A stretch of DNA of 64,000 nucleotides from Trichosphaerium sp. ATCC 40318. Lineage: Eukaryota > Protista > Tubulinea. Where the stretch lies: contig JALMLS010000194.1 of assembly GCA_038496445.1 (NCBI GenBank), positions 149,813-213,812 of the forward strand, given 5' to 3'. Shown piece by piece: positions 1 through 13,500 of the stretch; the stretch's first letter is position 1; each line of letters opens with the position of its first letter. A program made the translations under genes and the position numbers. The notes below the pieces were generated by a model. It saw only the letters and a list, made by a program, of their open reading frames with translations. It was not told the origin of the DNA and searched no databases.

Positions 1-436
1 TTGGTTTTTAACCCCTTCGCTCTAGAACAGTACCAGTTATTCACAAACTACAACAGAGACCACATTAATCGCCAAATGTCCGAGAGGTAAGCAGTGTTTT
101 CCACGTTTTATTTGTTGTTTTCGCTTCTTTTTTTTTTTTCTTTTTCTTTTTTGTGGTTTGAACACTCTTTCTAACATTCTTTTTAGTACCTTCTCGTACA
201 TGAGCTAGCAACAGCGACTCAAAACCATCATAGAAGAAAAAAAAAAACGAAACAAAAAATCCAATCCTTTTTTTCAGCAACCCCAACTACTACCCTGTAC
301 ATATGTAAAACCTGCGTTTTTAAATGTAAAATTAATCATACTCGAGTAAAGAGATCTATTTACAAGTATTTGGTCGTTTTATCCAACGTCTTTCAGTTGA
401 AAGTTTTTTCCTGATGATCACAAAACTGATCACTTT

Positions 437-1853
437 TCAAAAAAATTTGGAATTTTGTGTCCATTTGTTCTCGAAATCTGCCTTCCACAATCTCACAGCG
501 CCGTCGTCTCCAGCAGAGGCTAATGTAGTGCCAGTGATATTCCACATAACGGTCCTACGTACGCGATTAAGATGAATCGTAGTTGTCACAACGGTTTTTG
601 CGTACCATACTTCGGCATCGTGGTTGAACGTTGCTACTTCTTTGCCTAACAGAAGCCATGTCAGTGATGACTATGGGGTATTGTTGTTTGTTACCTTGTA
701 GCTTTCCGGGTTTATCCTTGTGTGCCCGTATCTCCCAGATTTTTACTTTTTTGTCTTTGGACGCAGTCGCCAGCAGGTGGTACGATCGTCCTAGATCTGG
801 TGCCCAATCAATGTCGTGAATCACGTCTGTGTGGCCATTTAGAGTTTCAACGATGACCCACCTAATGTAGGTCATGAGCAAGTCCAATCTTGTTGAGACG
901 GTTTTTGTTTCTCACTTTTTTTGTGTGCTGTTGTATTCCCAAATCTTGATGATGGTGCCACTGCCTGTTGCAATGATAGGCTTGTCGAATGGCGATTTAT
1001 TCCATGTCAAACATTTTACGCCCTCCTTCTGTCTTTCAAACTCGGCCTGTGCTTCATTCAACAAAAAGAGCGCGTTGCCAAAATATAATCAAAAAGTTGG
1101 TTGACAAATTGAATTAATTTGATGATGTATTTTTGTGTGATGTAAGAAGAGGTTGTGTCATGTGGCGTACTGTCAAAGACCACTGAGATAGCTTCGAAAT
1201 GTTAATTGCTTCGTAGATGCGCACTATATCATCACCAGAACACGACGCCTGAACAAATCGAGTTGGCATGGCGGTTAATAACAAAACGTTTTTTTGAAAA
1301 GCGCGCTACGCAAATCCCATAATTCAAAAACGAATTGGCTGTAAACGTACCAAGCGCAAGCCCAAGTGTCGAGGAGCGAATTTAATGCCGTGAACTGCCT
1401 TTCTACAATCTTGCAAACTAGCCACCTACACTTGCCGTCAAAACTCATCTCCGCGTGGTGTCGTACCTTCTGCCATGTTTTTTTACCATTGGAACCTGCG
1501 TTGGTGTAAGTTAAGCACATTGAGACACGCGAACGATTATTTTGTTTAAAAATGCGTTAATTTCGTTAAACAGCACCTTCTTGTTCTTCCCAGATGTAAA
1601 TATTTTTATCTGACGAACACGACGCTATGAGCTGTCCAAACTCAGGGTGAGCCCAAGTGACCTTCCAAATAGGCCCTGTGTGCGCTTTCCACACTGACGT
1701 GTTTTCCCACGATTCTTCTCCGTTGACAAGCTTTTTGTCCCATATTTTGATGGTTTGGTCCGCTGAGCACGTCGCTATTCTGTTTCCATAAAAATCGTAC
1801 GCAATATCGTAAATAATGTCTTTGTGACCAGTTCCAAACCGCTTGAACAACAT
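437..1853 (-). CDS. SEH1: Nucleoporin SEH1 / Sec13-family WD40 protein (multi-exon)
   Basis: Exons read [67 protein letters not shown] and [20 protein letters not shown], typical SEH1 motifs; GT-AG introns. Confidence 0.92.
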
Positions 1854-3100
1854 GGGTACAACCCAAGTACTAGTATGTATCTGTTGCTTGTTAAATACGT
1901 GAATTGAAGAAAGTGGATGTTTATGCCTTAAACTGTCATTCAATTAAGCTGTTAATTAAAAATAGCCATTGGATACTTTCACAATTAAAAGTTATATGTT
2001 TTCAATAGTTAAACAAAGCTGAAACTGGAGTTGGCATTATTTATCAAATATTGCATTTGGTTAAAATCAAGCATAATAAAGCATACAGTAGGCATTTCAT
2101 GAAACACAAGCAGCAACTGCTTATGCAATGCCAGCATTAATCAAGCATTTCAAGACATGTCTTTGGCATTAACCATATGTAGGCAATGCCAAAACCTTTT
2201 TCATTCAATGAAGACATTTAATTGTTCATGTTTGTATACTTTTAAGGGTATTGAATGAAAATGGTGGTCCACTATTAAATGGCATGTAGTGCTCTTAGTA
2301 TTTTATCAATTCTAATGAAACCAGCTCATTTGAAGTGCAGCACCCAAATACACCTGAAAACATGGCAAAAGTAAATCACATATACTACACAGGTGATAGA
2401 AATTGTTATAACAATACTGTAGAACTTTTTTTGTAATTGTATACATGTTGTAATGCAAATAAACACAAGTTTGATGTCTGATAAATGCTTGCATTATACC
2501 TGAATAATGATTGCTTTATGCACAGAATTTGAAGGGTTAAATGCCTTGTTTATGCTTGGAATCGTTGTGTACTGGATTCAGGCACCTAGCAGGCATTTGA
2601 TTAAAAAATGCCTGTTAAAAAAAAAAAAAAAAAAAAAAAAATGCCTGTTTTTGGCCAAATGCCTGGTTTATGCCAGTTTTTTTTTTGGCATCTATCTACC
2701 AGGTATTTGGCCTTAAAAACAGGCTTTTAAACAACATTTAGTAGCATTGCTTCCTTTTGTACCTTGTGGAGTCACTCCAAGATGATTTTGATGTGGTAGA
2801 CCACTCTCCACTAAGAAGATGTGCCAAGCACTCATGTGATGACTGCATCATCAATAGCATGTAGTTGCTTCTAGCTTCAATATTGTAATTGGGATTTAAC
2901 ACATACAAAACACATATGTGCCACATACTTTACACATGTACAATACACATACATGGCACATATTGTTGAAATGTACAATACCTGTACATGTCATGTACTT
3001 TTCACACATACAATACATGTATGTTAAATTAAATAAGTAAATTTTTTTTTAAAAAATTGTATCAACAGTTTCACTGTGCACATCATAATAAACCATACTA

Positions 3101-3610
3101 TTTTCTATTGTTTTTGCCTGAAAAAGGGCCCCAAACCCCAAACTGCCACAAAACCATGCATCATACCTAATAGTGGGCCATACTTCATTTTTTAAAGGAT
3201 TCGTACTAGTAGACCTGAGTTATTCACGAAAAATAGGAAAATCAAGAAATTGATATTGGTTTTTGGGTATTTTTAGATTTTTCCACCTACTTTTAAAGCC
3301 ATGCCAATACAAACCTAATTACTGTTTGCTTGGGTGAAAATACATGTTTTATAGTTAACAATCAGATGATCAGCTTTGGGTTGAGTTTTGAGTTTGCAAT
3401 TTTTTTATTTTTGAATTTTTGGCCAAATTTCTATTAAGGACAAGTCATGGTTAAAACACACAAATGACATGTTTTGGGCATGTTTATTGCAAATATACAA
3501 CATGCAAATGGCATGTTTTGGACACATTTATTGCAAATATACAACATGCATATGGCATGTTTTGTGGTGGCTTGGGGTATGGCCCCTTTTTAGGTGAAAA
3601 CAATGGTAAA
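3101..3610. repeat. Degenerate non-autonomous element with ~60-bp terminal inverted repeats
   Basis: 3101-3161 (tttctattgtttttgcctgaaaaagggccccaaacccc...acaaaaccatgc) is the imperfect reverse complement of about 3550-3610; the internal segment 3171-3211 recurs inverted at about 5737-5777. Confidence 0.65.
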
Positions 3611-4725
3611 CGTCTGTGCCAAGGCTTCTGTAACCAAGCAAGGTGTGCAAAACTCCTAAAGGATTATACATTTAGTCATCTTCACCTTACTCTTATTGGC
3701 AGCTAGCCAGTGTTTGGTGGGTGTGTGGTGGACAACTTTCCTTTTTTCTTGTATACCATGCCAAAACCCAGTGAGCTGGGCAGTTGGTTGTCACACAATT
3801 ACTATATTTTTAATTTCCACTTTTCACTAAGTACCCTTTTTCTTGTGCTACTGATATGCTTCCTCAAACACTATTCTCACAGGTGCTATTTGGTGCTTTC
3901 TCTCCTTGCTAGGTTTTCAACTACTTTCATGTGTATTTTGCTGTGATTACAACTCCAACACAGTCTCACAGCCATGTAATTCAATATTTGGCCCAATCTC
4001 AATGCCACATCACTAATTCAGTAAGTCAGTAATTATCATCACTTGCAATATGTCAAAGCATGGTGCACCACCTGACAACTCTACAAACAACAGCTACATA
4101 GTTAAGGACCCTTTCAAGAAGCATACCTGTCAGAAACCACCAGGCCAATCAAGTAATGGTACAATATTTATCGGCTTTAGTGTAGAGCTTATTGATGCTT
4201 TCAATGGTCGTTTTCTTAAGGTTTGCTCTTGTTTAGGCAACTAACCTGCTGTCATTTCTTCAGTCTATGTCAGCTTTGTTGAAATTGTGTTGTCCATGCT
4301 GGGAAGTTCTGGACAGGTACACATCTGGTTCAAATGTTGAGTTGGGTGATTTTAGCATGCATGACAATCAGTTTTCATCTGAATCACATGTCCATGTGCA
4401 ATTATCTTCTATTATGCACAAACACGGTTTGGTAGATGTTGCTTTTTGGTACAGTTCATTCTGTCACACAGTTTCACTTCTACATCAGGTACTCTTAGCT
4501 GCATTGACTATGTATTTGTCTGCCATGAGTGTCCAAAGTGACAAGTGAGGAGACACCTTCACCTCACCAAAAGTCTTAAAAACAAGCAAGCATCTCAGCA
4601 TATTAAGGAGTTTTGTTGTTCTGCAATCATTCAGTGATTCTTGACTTCCAGGTTGCTTAGTACAGGTCTGTTTTATTATAAGTAAAATCTTTATGCCAAT
4701 TGATTGATGAATCAGGTATGGACAC

Positions 4726-4864
4726 CAGTACTGGAATCGGGATTTTGACCAGTACTAAACCCATACAAAACCCATACTTTTTACCCATACTTAACCTGTA
4801 CGGGTTCTGTATTGTTGATCCATACTCTGCCTGTACATTATCCATACTCCTGATTTTACTACTG
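4726..4864 (+). mobile_element. CAGTA-ended MITE, copy 1 (TSD AC)
   Basis: Starts CAGTACTGGAATCGGGA and ends TCCTGATTTTACTACTG (imperfect TIR); internal AACCCRTAC-like tandem units; flanked by AC/AC. Confidence 0.85.
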
Positions 4865-4899
4865 ACATTTCTATCCTATTGGACTGTGTTATGCAAAGA

Positions 4900-5160
4900 T
4901 TGTATCTCAGTAAGAATGTCAAAACCCATCACCCTTAAAGAAATCTTGGAAACCATCAAGTCTATGTCTTCAAACAAAACTTCAGGCCCTGATGAAGTAT
5001 CTATGTGTTTGAACAAAGATTTGGGCTCTTTTATTGCTAGGCATCTATGTCCCCTGTTCAATGACATCATGCAAGGTTTTGATCATGAATGGTTTGGTAG
5101 AGGTATTATATATCCATTATACAAAATTAACTAATTTCCTTCTATCCTTCTCTTGCTTAA
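4900..5160 (+). pseudogene. Non-LTR retrotransposon (LINE) reverse-transcriptase fragment
   Basis: PITLKEILETIKSMSSNKTSGPDEV...LCPLFNDIM...W...IIYPLYK matches the conserved pre-RT region of LINE ORF2 (K.pGpD, lfN, W, ipK); broken by a stop and by MITE copy 2. Confidence 0.8.
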
Positions 5161-5437
5161 CAGTACTGGAATCAGGATTTTGACCCATACTAAACCCGTA
5201 TGGAACCCGTACTTTTGACCTGTACTTAACCTGTATGGGTTCTGTACTTTTGACCCATACAAAACCTGTACAGAACCCATACTTTGACCCGTACTCAACC
5301 CGTACGGGTTCCGTAATTTTGACCTGGATTAAACCCATACGTAATCCATACTTTCGACCTGTACAAAACCCATATGGAATCTGTACTTTTTGACCTGTAC
5401 TCTACGTACATTATCCGTACTCCCGATTTTACTACTG
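5161..5437 (+). mobile_element. CAGTA-ended MITE, copy 2, longer internal array (TSD AA)
   Basis: Same ends as copy 1, more internal ACCCGTAC-like units; flanked by AA/AA. Confidence 0.87.
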
Positions 5438-6089
5438 AAGCACTCTTGCTTCATTTCTTGGTTCTCCACCACCAACCAATCAAGCACACCCTGCTGTCCA
5501 AATACCTTCTGTCTGTCAACAAATAAGTGCTCAAACCTTGGTGTCCTCTCAACTTCAGATGAAACCCTCAAAGATCATGACTTCAAGTAAAAAAATGGTC
5601 AAGTGAATGGTTTACAAAGGTGAATAGTGGTAATTTAACAAAGTATCAAAAAAAGCAATTAAATATCAAAAAATCAATCCATTCACTGATAAAATTACAT
5701 AAAGATCTCAAACAATGAATTTTCACTCAAATAAGCAGTAGTACAGATTCTTTAAAAAACAAAGTATGGCCCACTATTGGTACAATGTCCAGTGACCCTT
5801 TTTAAGGCAAAAATGATAGAAAATAGATATTTAGGATAGTTTAAGGATATTATGGCTCAATAACTCCATTAAACCTCTTTTTAAAGACAATTATTGGATT
5901 TGAGATTTTTTGCCTAATTAAGTAAGTTCTTGCTTAAGTATTTATGATAAGGCAGGATTGGCGAAAAAAGCAGGTAAAATGGCAAAAACATGAAGTTGGT
6001 TGATATAAACTGGGTACGATTGTTTATGTGGGGATAGTTTTATGTAAAGTTTGTAATAATTGTACCAAACCTCTTTGTAATTGTTATGT

Positions 6090-6193
6090 CAGTAGTAAAA
6101 TCGGGAGTACGGGGCATGTACGGGTTTAATCCGTGTCAAAAGTACAGGTCATGTATGGGTTTAGTACAGGTCAAAATTCTAATTCCAGTACTG
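6090..6193 (-). mobile_element. CAGTA-ended MITE, copy 3, short and inverted (TSD GT)
   Basis: CAGTAGTAAAATCGGGA ... TTCCAGTACTG is the reverse complement of copies 1 and 2; flanked by GT/GT. Confidence 0.85.
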
Positions 6194-6244
6194 GTGCTTG
6201 TATCATAATAAATCATCATTTTCTTTTCCTCTATAAAGTGGTGT

Positions 6245-7540
6245 TTTATGTGTGCCCAAAACGTGTGATATGTGTGGCAAATATGTGTGCCCAAAACATG
6301 TCCAAAATGTGGAAAATAAATGTGCCTAAAATGTGCCCAAAACGTGCCCATAACGTGCCCAAAACGTGCAATTCACGTGTTGTCTTATTCCAAGAAACAT
6401 CTGTTGGAAAATAAATTGATTTGCTGTTGTTAAATTTTACCAAGAATCTTTTTGCTGGTCCGCTGTTTCTGTATTTTGTTACAAAATTACGTAACAAACC
6501 AAGCCATGAACCAATAGATGCCAAAACATGCTTCAACACAAGCTCAAGAGTATGACAATGACATTTGATTGTGACAGCTGTCATGTCTCTTGAGATTGGT
6601 AATAAATATTCTTCTTTATCAAGGTCTTCATTATTACTCCATTCAACAAGAAGTTTGTCTGATATGTAACTACTAGGCACAATGGCATACTCATTCAATA
6701 CTTTCACAATAGAGTCCTACAAATTAAAATTATTTTTGGATTTTTTTTTAACTACAGCATTTTTTGAAAAAACAAAAACAATGTACTCTCAAATTAACTG
6801 CTGCTGTTCATGACAATAGTTGCATTCATATCCTTCATCTGATAGCACTGTAATGTGTCCATACACAAATACATCAGCACAGTGATGGCGTCTATGGATA
6901 GGTTTGCAAGAGGGGGTAACAGAGTGCATTTTTAACTATTAAGTTACTGATAATTTGCCATCTCTATTTAGGGTAGATTAAGGATATTAACTAAAAAAGC
7001 AATAAAAGCTGAAAAAGATATAATAAAGGCTGCAAATGGCCTTGTCAATGAACAAAACAAACAGCATGTTGGAAAAGAACCTTGTGGAGCATGGATGTCA
7101 CAGGATTGGACTTTTTTTAAACATGTTATGCTGACATTACAAAGATGAATATTCATCAAAAAGCATGGAAAGAAGCTGCTGAAATTGACATTAAACATAT
7201 TAAAAGATATATTGGCTCATACTACATGGTTCATAACAGATGGAGACTCTTCATGTTTTAGGTGTGCATAAAATATAGGGAATTTTCAGGATGATAATAC
7301 AAACCAAATGCTGGCATATTTTTTGTTCAAATAGCCTTGTTCTGTATTTACTGCAACTCAGTAATTAAACACAATATAAACTTGGCTGTATGCTGGAAAA
7401 ATCATCCTTCTGTACTGTGGTGGAAATGTTTTGGGCATGTTTTGGACATGTTTATTTTTCACACAAAAGGCACTTTTCTCTTCCACTTGCTGGCCACACA
7501 AATCACACTTTTTGGACATGTTTTAGGCATGTTTATTTTA
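6245..7540 (-). mobile_element. Decayed DNA transposon with subterminal inverted repeat arrays, hAT-like transposase relic
   Basis: GTGCCCAAAAC arrays at 6250-6370 mirrored by GTTTTGGGCAT arrays at 7425-7540; minus-strand remnant IKCHCHTLELVLKH resembles the hAT CxxH motif; interrupted by stops. Confidence 0.6.
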
Positions 7541-7838
7541 AGCCTTGTTTTATGAGTATATGGTGCCTGGGTTATGTGCAAAATTGAGGAGGACTTTAGT
7601 TTGCCATGCAATACAGGATTTGTGTCAAAGTACATGCCACATACAGGTTTTGTACATGCCAAAACCCCAATTACAGTATTGATGCTGTGCACCAATGAAT
7701 GTGGTCCCACCTGAAATGGTAAAGCTGCCAGTAAACAACAAATACTAGAATTTGCCATCAATTTCCATACATACATTTACTGTTATGTTAACTAGTATTT
7801 ATTTACAAGTCCAATATAGTACAAAACCTAGCTTGATT

Positions 7839-8609
7839 TTACATGGCTGAAGCATAGAAAGAAGCCTCGCGTTTTAAGTGAAAAACAGTGTCATGCAATG
7901 ATGCGACCTCAGCTTCAAGGGTAGCCTGCACAAAGATTAAAAAAATAAACAAGTGTTTTGTACTTACAACTTTGGTTGTTAGTTGATGTATTTGACGATG
8001 ACGTTTAGGATTTGTTTTGAGTTCCCACTCCACATCTGCTGGCAATCCTTTATCAGCAACGTGTGGTATATCACGCTCAGCAAGCTTAGCCATGAGGCCA
8101 GTGATGACATCTTGAAGCGCAGCCTGTGGTGTACAAGTTACAAATTTTTCATTTTTTCTACAGCAACGTACGTTTTCGTCTTTTAGGCTCATAATTTGCC
8201 TTACACGTCTTGCACTTATGCGCATCTCCGCTTCTGCGTTACAACGGTTAAAATAGTCGACGAATTGTCGGTTACGTACTTTTGGTTTCCCCAAGTGCTG
8301 CATTTTGTTCGTCTATGGTGTGTTGTGCGTCTTGTAGGGCTTTTTGCTGTTGGCGAATTATTTTATCCTTCTCTTGCGCTGACTCTTCCAGAGCTCTTTT
8401 CTCGCGCTTGAGCTTCTGGTTTTGAGTTTTTAATACCTTTACCGTTAAATTGGCTTTTTCGCGCCGTGCCCCATTTTGAATCTACAACACCTATTAAACC
8501 TAGCGCCTACGCACAAACTTTGTACCGAGGCATTTTTGACTTTGGCACCTGCACCGCGATTTACGCGCGCATTCATAATGTTCTCTTTGTCTTCGTATAC
8601 GCGTAACAT
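7839..8609 (-). CDS. Uncharacterised coiled-coil protein with N-terminal KEN box (multi-exon)
   Basis: Spliced frame MLRVYEDKENIMNARV...LKTQNQKLKREKRALEESAQEKDKIIRQQQKALQ...EASFYASAM with GT-AG introns. Confidence 0.65.
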
Positions 8610-8720
8610 TCTTGTAGTAATGTTGTTGATTCAATTGGTTGTATTTGTAAAAAAAAATGTAATAATAAGTGTAGTCAAATGGCTAACCGCGCTTAATTCA
8701 AAAAAAATCAGTACGCAACC

Positions 8721-10434
8721 ATGCTACAGCGTATAGCCGGTACTATGTCTGCTCGACATGGCCTTTACGCTATTGGCACGGGAATGTTTATCAGTTTCGT
8801 TGGTCTTACGCGCTACCCGAACAGTGGGTTTTACGACCGTGCGGTAGAAGTGCGTGATGAGTTGTTTTATTAACACGAAAGAAAAAAAAGAGACAAACAC
8901 GCTAAAACGACATACCAGGCGACTGCAATGATGGACTCGGAAACAGCGCATAGATTGAGCGTGTGGTACTTTGGTTCTGTGTTTGCACCAAAAGCAGAAC
9001 GGTACGCCAGCAGGCGCCTTGAAACAGCATTATGGCATCTGAGATTTAAGAATCCAATTGGTCTGTACGTTGCTCAATATTTGACAAGTTTTTGTTGCGC
9101 CCTCCAAGAGACTCAATCTCTTTGTTGAAAAAAAGTGCAGCTGGATATGACAAGCACTGTGAATGTATGCCTGGTATGCTAAACCTTGGATTCGGGTTTG
9201 TGGAGGTTGGATCTATAACACCACAACCACAAGCGGGCAACGAACGCCCTAGGGTTTGGCGGTACGACGCACTCACCTCACTCAATGACTCGGCTCACAG
9301 AACAAAAGGATTGACAACTGCAATGGTGTCATCAATCGCTATGGATTTCCTAGTGATGGTATGAAGGTACAGCTGTCTTGTGCGCCTAAGCAAATGAGTT
9401 GTTGACCTTAGTTTTGTGTGTCAGGTGTGCAAAGAAAGATTGATAAAGTACAACAGAAGAAAACTTAAAAAGGGACTTGTTGGTGCGCACATCAAAAGAA
9501 CAAAGCACACGCAACCCCGCTAACACGAATGGCAAGGCGTCAATCTCGGTAAGAACAAAACAACAGAAGACGCAGCAGGCGACTACACAACACTGATACG
9601 TGAGCTCGGGCCTCACGCAGACTACCTCGTCGTCAACGTCTCATCACCAAACACTCCCAATCTACGCGATCTGCAAAGACGTGAACCGTTGGTACTGTTT
9701 TCTCTCTGGCGTTCACATATCTCTTTTGATTGCCGCCGTGCTTGGATCGTGATGAGTTCTTATGTCTGTAGGTTGACCTCATTTCCAAAGTGAAAAAAGC
9801 TCAGATAATGCTACCTCAACCGGTCCCACCATTGCTTGTTAAGATCGCTCCAGATCTCACATTAGAACAGAAGCAAGATATTGCGCAAGGTGCCTTATAT
9901 AAGCCAGCCATTATGGTTGTGCGTGACTGACATTACTAGTTGCCAAAGAGTTCAAAATCGACGGCTTAATTGTCACCAACACAACCGTAGAACGTCCAGG
10001 TACGCCTTCTTTTGAGCCTTCTCAGCTTAACTTTGCGTTATTCACCAATGTCTATAGATCTAGTATTAGAACATCCAAATGGCGCCGAGCTCGGTGGTCT
10101 ATCAGGTGAACCTCTTAAAGACATGGCGACACAGTGCGTAAAAGACATGTACAAGTTGACAGAAGGGAGAATGCCAATCATAGGTACTACTGCACGCTTT
10201 CCTGAATCCTGCATGTTTGCTGACACGTGATAAACAGGTGTTGGAGGCATAGCCAACGGTGAAGACGCATACGAAAAGATTCGAGCAGGAGCATCGCTGG
10301 TGCAGTTGTACAGCTCGCTCGTCTATACCGGTCCCAAAGCACCACGCAGTATCGCAGTCGAATTAGATGCCTTACTGGCCCGTGACGGATATGCTAACGT
10401 ATCCGAGGCGGTTGGCGCAGATGTCAAGCTGTAA
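8721..10434 (+). CDS. DHODH: Dihydroorotate dehydrogenase (quinone), class 2, mitochondrial
   Basis: [75 protein letters not shown] motifs across exons. Confidence 0.95.
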
Positions 10435-10583
10435 ATAAACAAATTTTTGGTTGACAGGTTTTTTTTTTTTGTGTTAGGCTAAAGTCGGTTTAAAATCCAA
10501 CAAAGTCGTATCGGGTATTATCAATTTCGCCTCAATACTCACGCAACAATGTACTTGGACCAAGTAAATAGTGCGACGCTATA

Positions 10584-13500
10584 ATGACATTTGAATGGCG
10601 TAGTTTGGGAGATGGCCTCACCAATACCGCGAGGGGCTTCACCGGATTGTACGGACACTCAGCGGTTGTACACAAGGGCGTAATTTACATCTTTGGTAAT
10701 TAACGACTCAACAAACCACGTAAAACAACTGACGTGTGTTATATTAGGCGGTTGTAACAATAAGGGCACTTTCTCTAGAAATCTTTACATTTACAATTTG
10801 CGTACGCCATTTTGAACACCACTACAACCTAGATAATCTGTACGTAACGTTGTATTGATAGGTTTGAACAAATGGGATACCAAAGTTACAGACACGGGTA
10901 ATGCTCCCTCTGGGCGCAACTTTCACACTGCTGTAAGCGCATAAACGCCTCGAATTTATGAGGCAATGTACTCCTGTTGCAACTCACGTTTTTTTTCGTT
11001 CAGGTGATGTGCCGAAACGATATGTTCGTCTTTGGAGGCACGCATTATTCAATAATTTTTCGTTTGTCACGTGATGACTTCAAACGCGTTTCTAACAGTC
11101 AGTACAGGGAAGAGCAATGGATACCATTCTGACTTGCATAAATACAACATAGGTAATTTACTTCAAAAGCACAATCCAAAAAAAAAACTGACATACTGAA
11201 AGTGAAGCGAAAATGGTCTCAAGTTCCTTTCTCAGGACGTGGGCCGTTAGCACGTTATGGTCACGTGTCTGTATTATACAAAGGGTCGTTTTACGTGTTT
11301 GGTGGATATGATCAGCACGGTTTCTGCTGTGATGACGTGCACAGGTTTGAAGTGGAGAACGCGACATGGCACAAGTATGCAAAACTTAAAACTTTTGAAT
11401 AGTTTTGTCTGATAGACGCCTATAGAGTGACCGTAGTAAGTGACTTGTCGCTTGAAAGATTTCACCATAGCGCAGTATGCTACAAGAATACAATGTTGTG
11501 TTTCGGTGGCAAGCGGGGTGACCAGCCTTCTGATGAACTCCTTGAATTTAACTTTGAGACGTCCGTGTTCCGCAAAGTACTAACATCAGGCCCTGGTCCT
11601 GGAGCACGTTGGGGGCACGCAATGGCCGTTGTTGGCAACGCATTGTATATTATTGGCGGAAGAGACAAAGTTTGTAATTTTGGTGACACCTGGCGATTGA
11701 CCCTTGACGGCGATGATAAAGACAAACACTGGCTACAAATTAACAACGCCTCCACACACATTGACATGAAGCGCTATTTTCACGTCTTGTTAGACTACAA
11801 AGACAGGTTGGCAGGTACCCTCAACCATAAATAGACTATCTCACTCTCTTATTAGTACAGCATATGGGGAAAGGTGAGCATCCACCGGCTTTGAATCCAC
11901 GCACACAACACGCTTATTTTTTTAAAGTTTTTTACGACTATGCCTAGCGCTCAACTTGTTTCCTCTTTCGTAATCCTGACGCACCCGTAGAACCTATACG
12001 ACTTTTGTTACACCGACATTGTTGCAAACAGTGAGCAGCAGGATAGACGAAATAAGCGGTTGTCTATCGAGACTAGATTTAGTGACGCGACTGTTACCTC
12101 GCTGTCAGCCAGCGCAAGCAGCATTACACATAATGGAGACACAAAAATTAAAATCAAATGCTGTTACCTCAAAGAGATGCGGTTAATAAGGTTCGTGTCT
12201 TTGCTTGGATCCAACGATGGATGAAAATATATTTAATGGTCTAACTCTTTTTTCTTTTGCTAGCATCTCCATTGACATAACGTACAAGCAACTATACAGC
12301 ACCTTATCCAGGCAATACAACCTAAAGTCGTTTACCATTCAGTACAGGGATATTGACAATGACCTGATAACCGTCAGATCTCAGGCTGACCTCAATGAAG
12401 CACTTGCATTCTTTAGAGAGTCCAAGCACCGCGTCAAAGTCTTCTTAAATCCAGTCCCTAAGGTAGCCAAAGAGAAAACAATAATTTGTATAGTACTAAC
12501 GCAAATAAACAGGGAACTAATAGCCGCCCACCAAGCATGCCTTCTGCATCCACACCACAGCAACAAACAATGCATACAAGACCTACAAATGCGGTGGTTG
12601 ATGCAAATGGCCCATTTCGATGGAGTAGAGGTAAGCTGGTTGGCGAAGGAGGCTTTGCAAAGGTCTACATCGCAATGAACATGGACACGGGACAGTACTT
12701 GGCTGTGAAGCAGGTTGAGCTATCACAGGATCAAGTCGAATCCAAACAAGTCACCACACTGCAAAAAGAAATCGATCTATTACAGGTGCGTCACAATCTC
12801 AAGTATTTCGTGAACGTTATCTTAACATTTGATGTCTTGGTTGTAGGGCCTGTCTCATCCCAACATTGTACAATACCTAGGATCTTCACGTGTTGCAAAT
12901 ACGCTTAATATCTTCTTGGAATACGCTCTGGGCTCGATACAATCACTGCTCGGTCAGTTTGGTCCTTTCACGGTTGGCATTGTATGCAAATACGCCCGAC
13001 AGATAGTACAAGGATTAGAGTACCTGCATTCCAAAGACATAGCACACAGAGACATAAAAGGAGCAAAGTAAGTAATCCCACAATTAACGCTACCTCTTAG
13101 AATCTCCAAACTGATGTGTTGTCTTAGCATTCTCATTAACAAGGAAGGTGTGGTAAAGCTAGCAGACTTTGGCGCATCCAAACAACTGCAAAGTACGTTA
13201 CGAAAAAATAAATGAACCAAAAGCACGTGGCTTACACTTTGTTTTAGCTATAGCGTCCAACTTCCACTCTGTAACTGGTACTCCCTATTTCATGGCTCCA
13301 GAAGGTACTCATCCGGCCATATTTTTGTTTCCCGCTAACCACTTGTTTTTGCAGTTATCACTGGCACTGATGGACAGAATCCAGCATATGGCCGGTACGT
13401 TGGTTTTTTGCCTTGTATCTTCACGAAATCTTCTTTTTTCTCACCAAACACGTGTTTAGAAAGGCTGATATTTGGTCGGTTGGCGCTGTTGTCATCGAAA

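Larger units (their letters stand above)
1940..7800. mobile_element. Degenerate nested transposable-element cluster
   Basis: No spliceable host gene; CpG almost absent with TpG/CpA excess; contains MITEs, a LINE RT fragment, a hAT-like relic and AAATGCC/GGCATTT short-unit repeats (about 2030-2200 and 2480-2715). Confidence 0.8.

Noticed and set aside
65-286. 73-aa Lys/Phe-rich ORF
   Set aside because: Produced by homopolymer tracts; not credible as coding
1924-1934. TGCCTTAAACT matches the U12 snRNA 5' end
   Set aside because: Similarity stops after 11 nt
5161-5437. Short regular repeats suggesting a CRISPR array or telomeric tract
   Set aside because: No unique spacers, eukaryotic context, bounded by TIRs and TSDs
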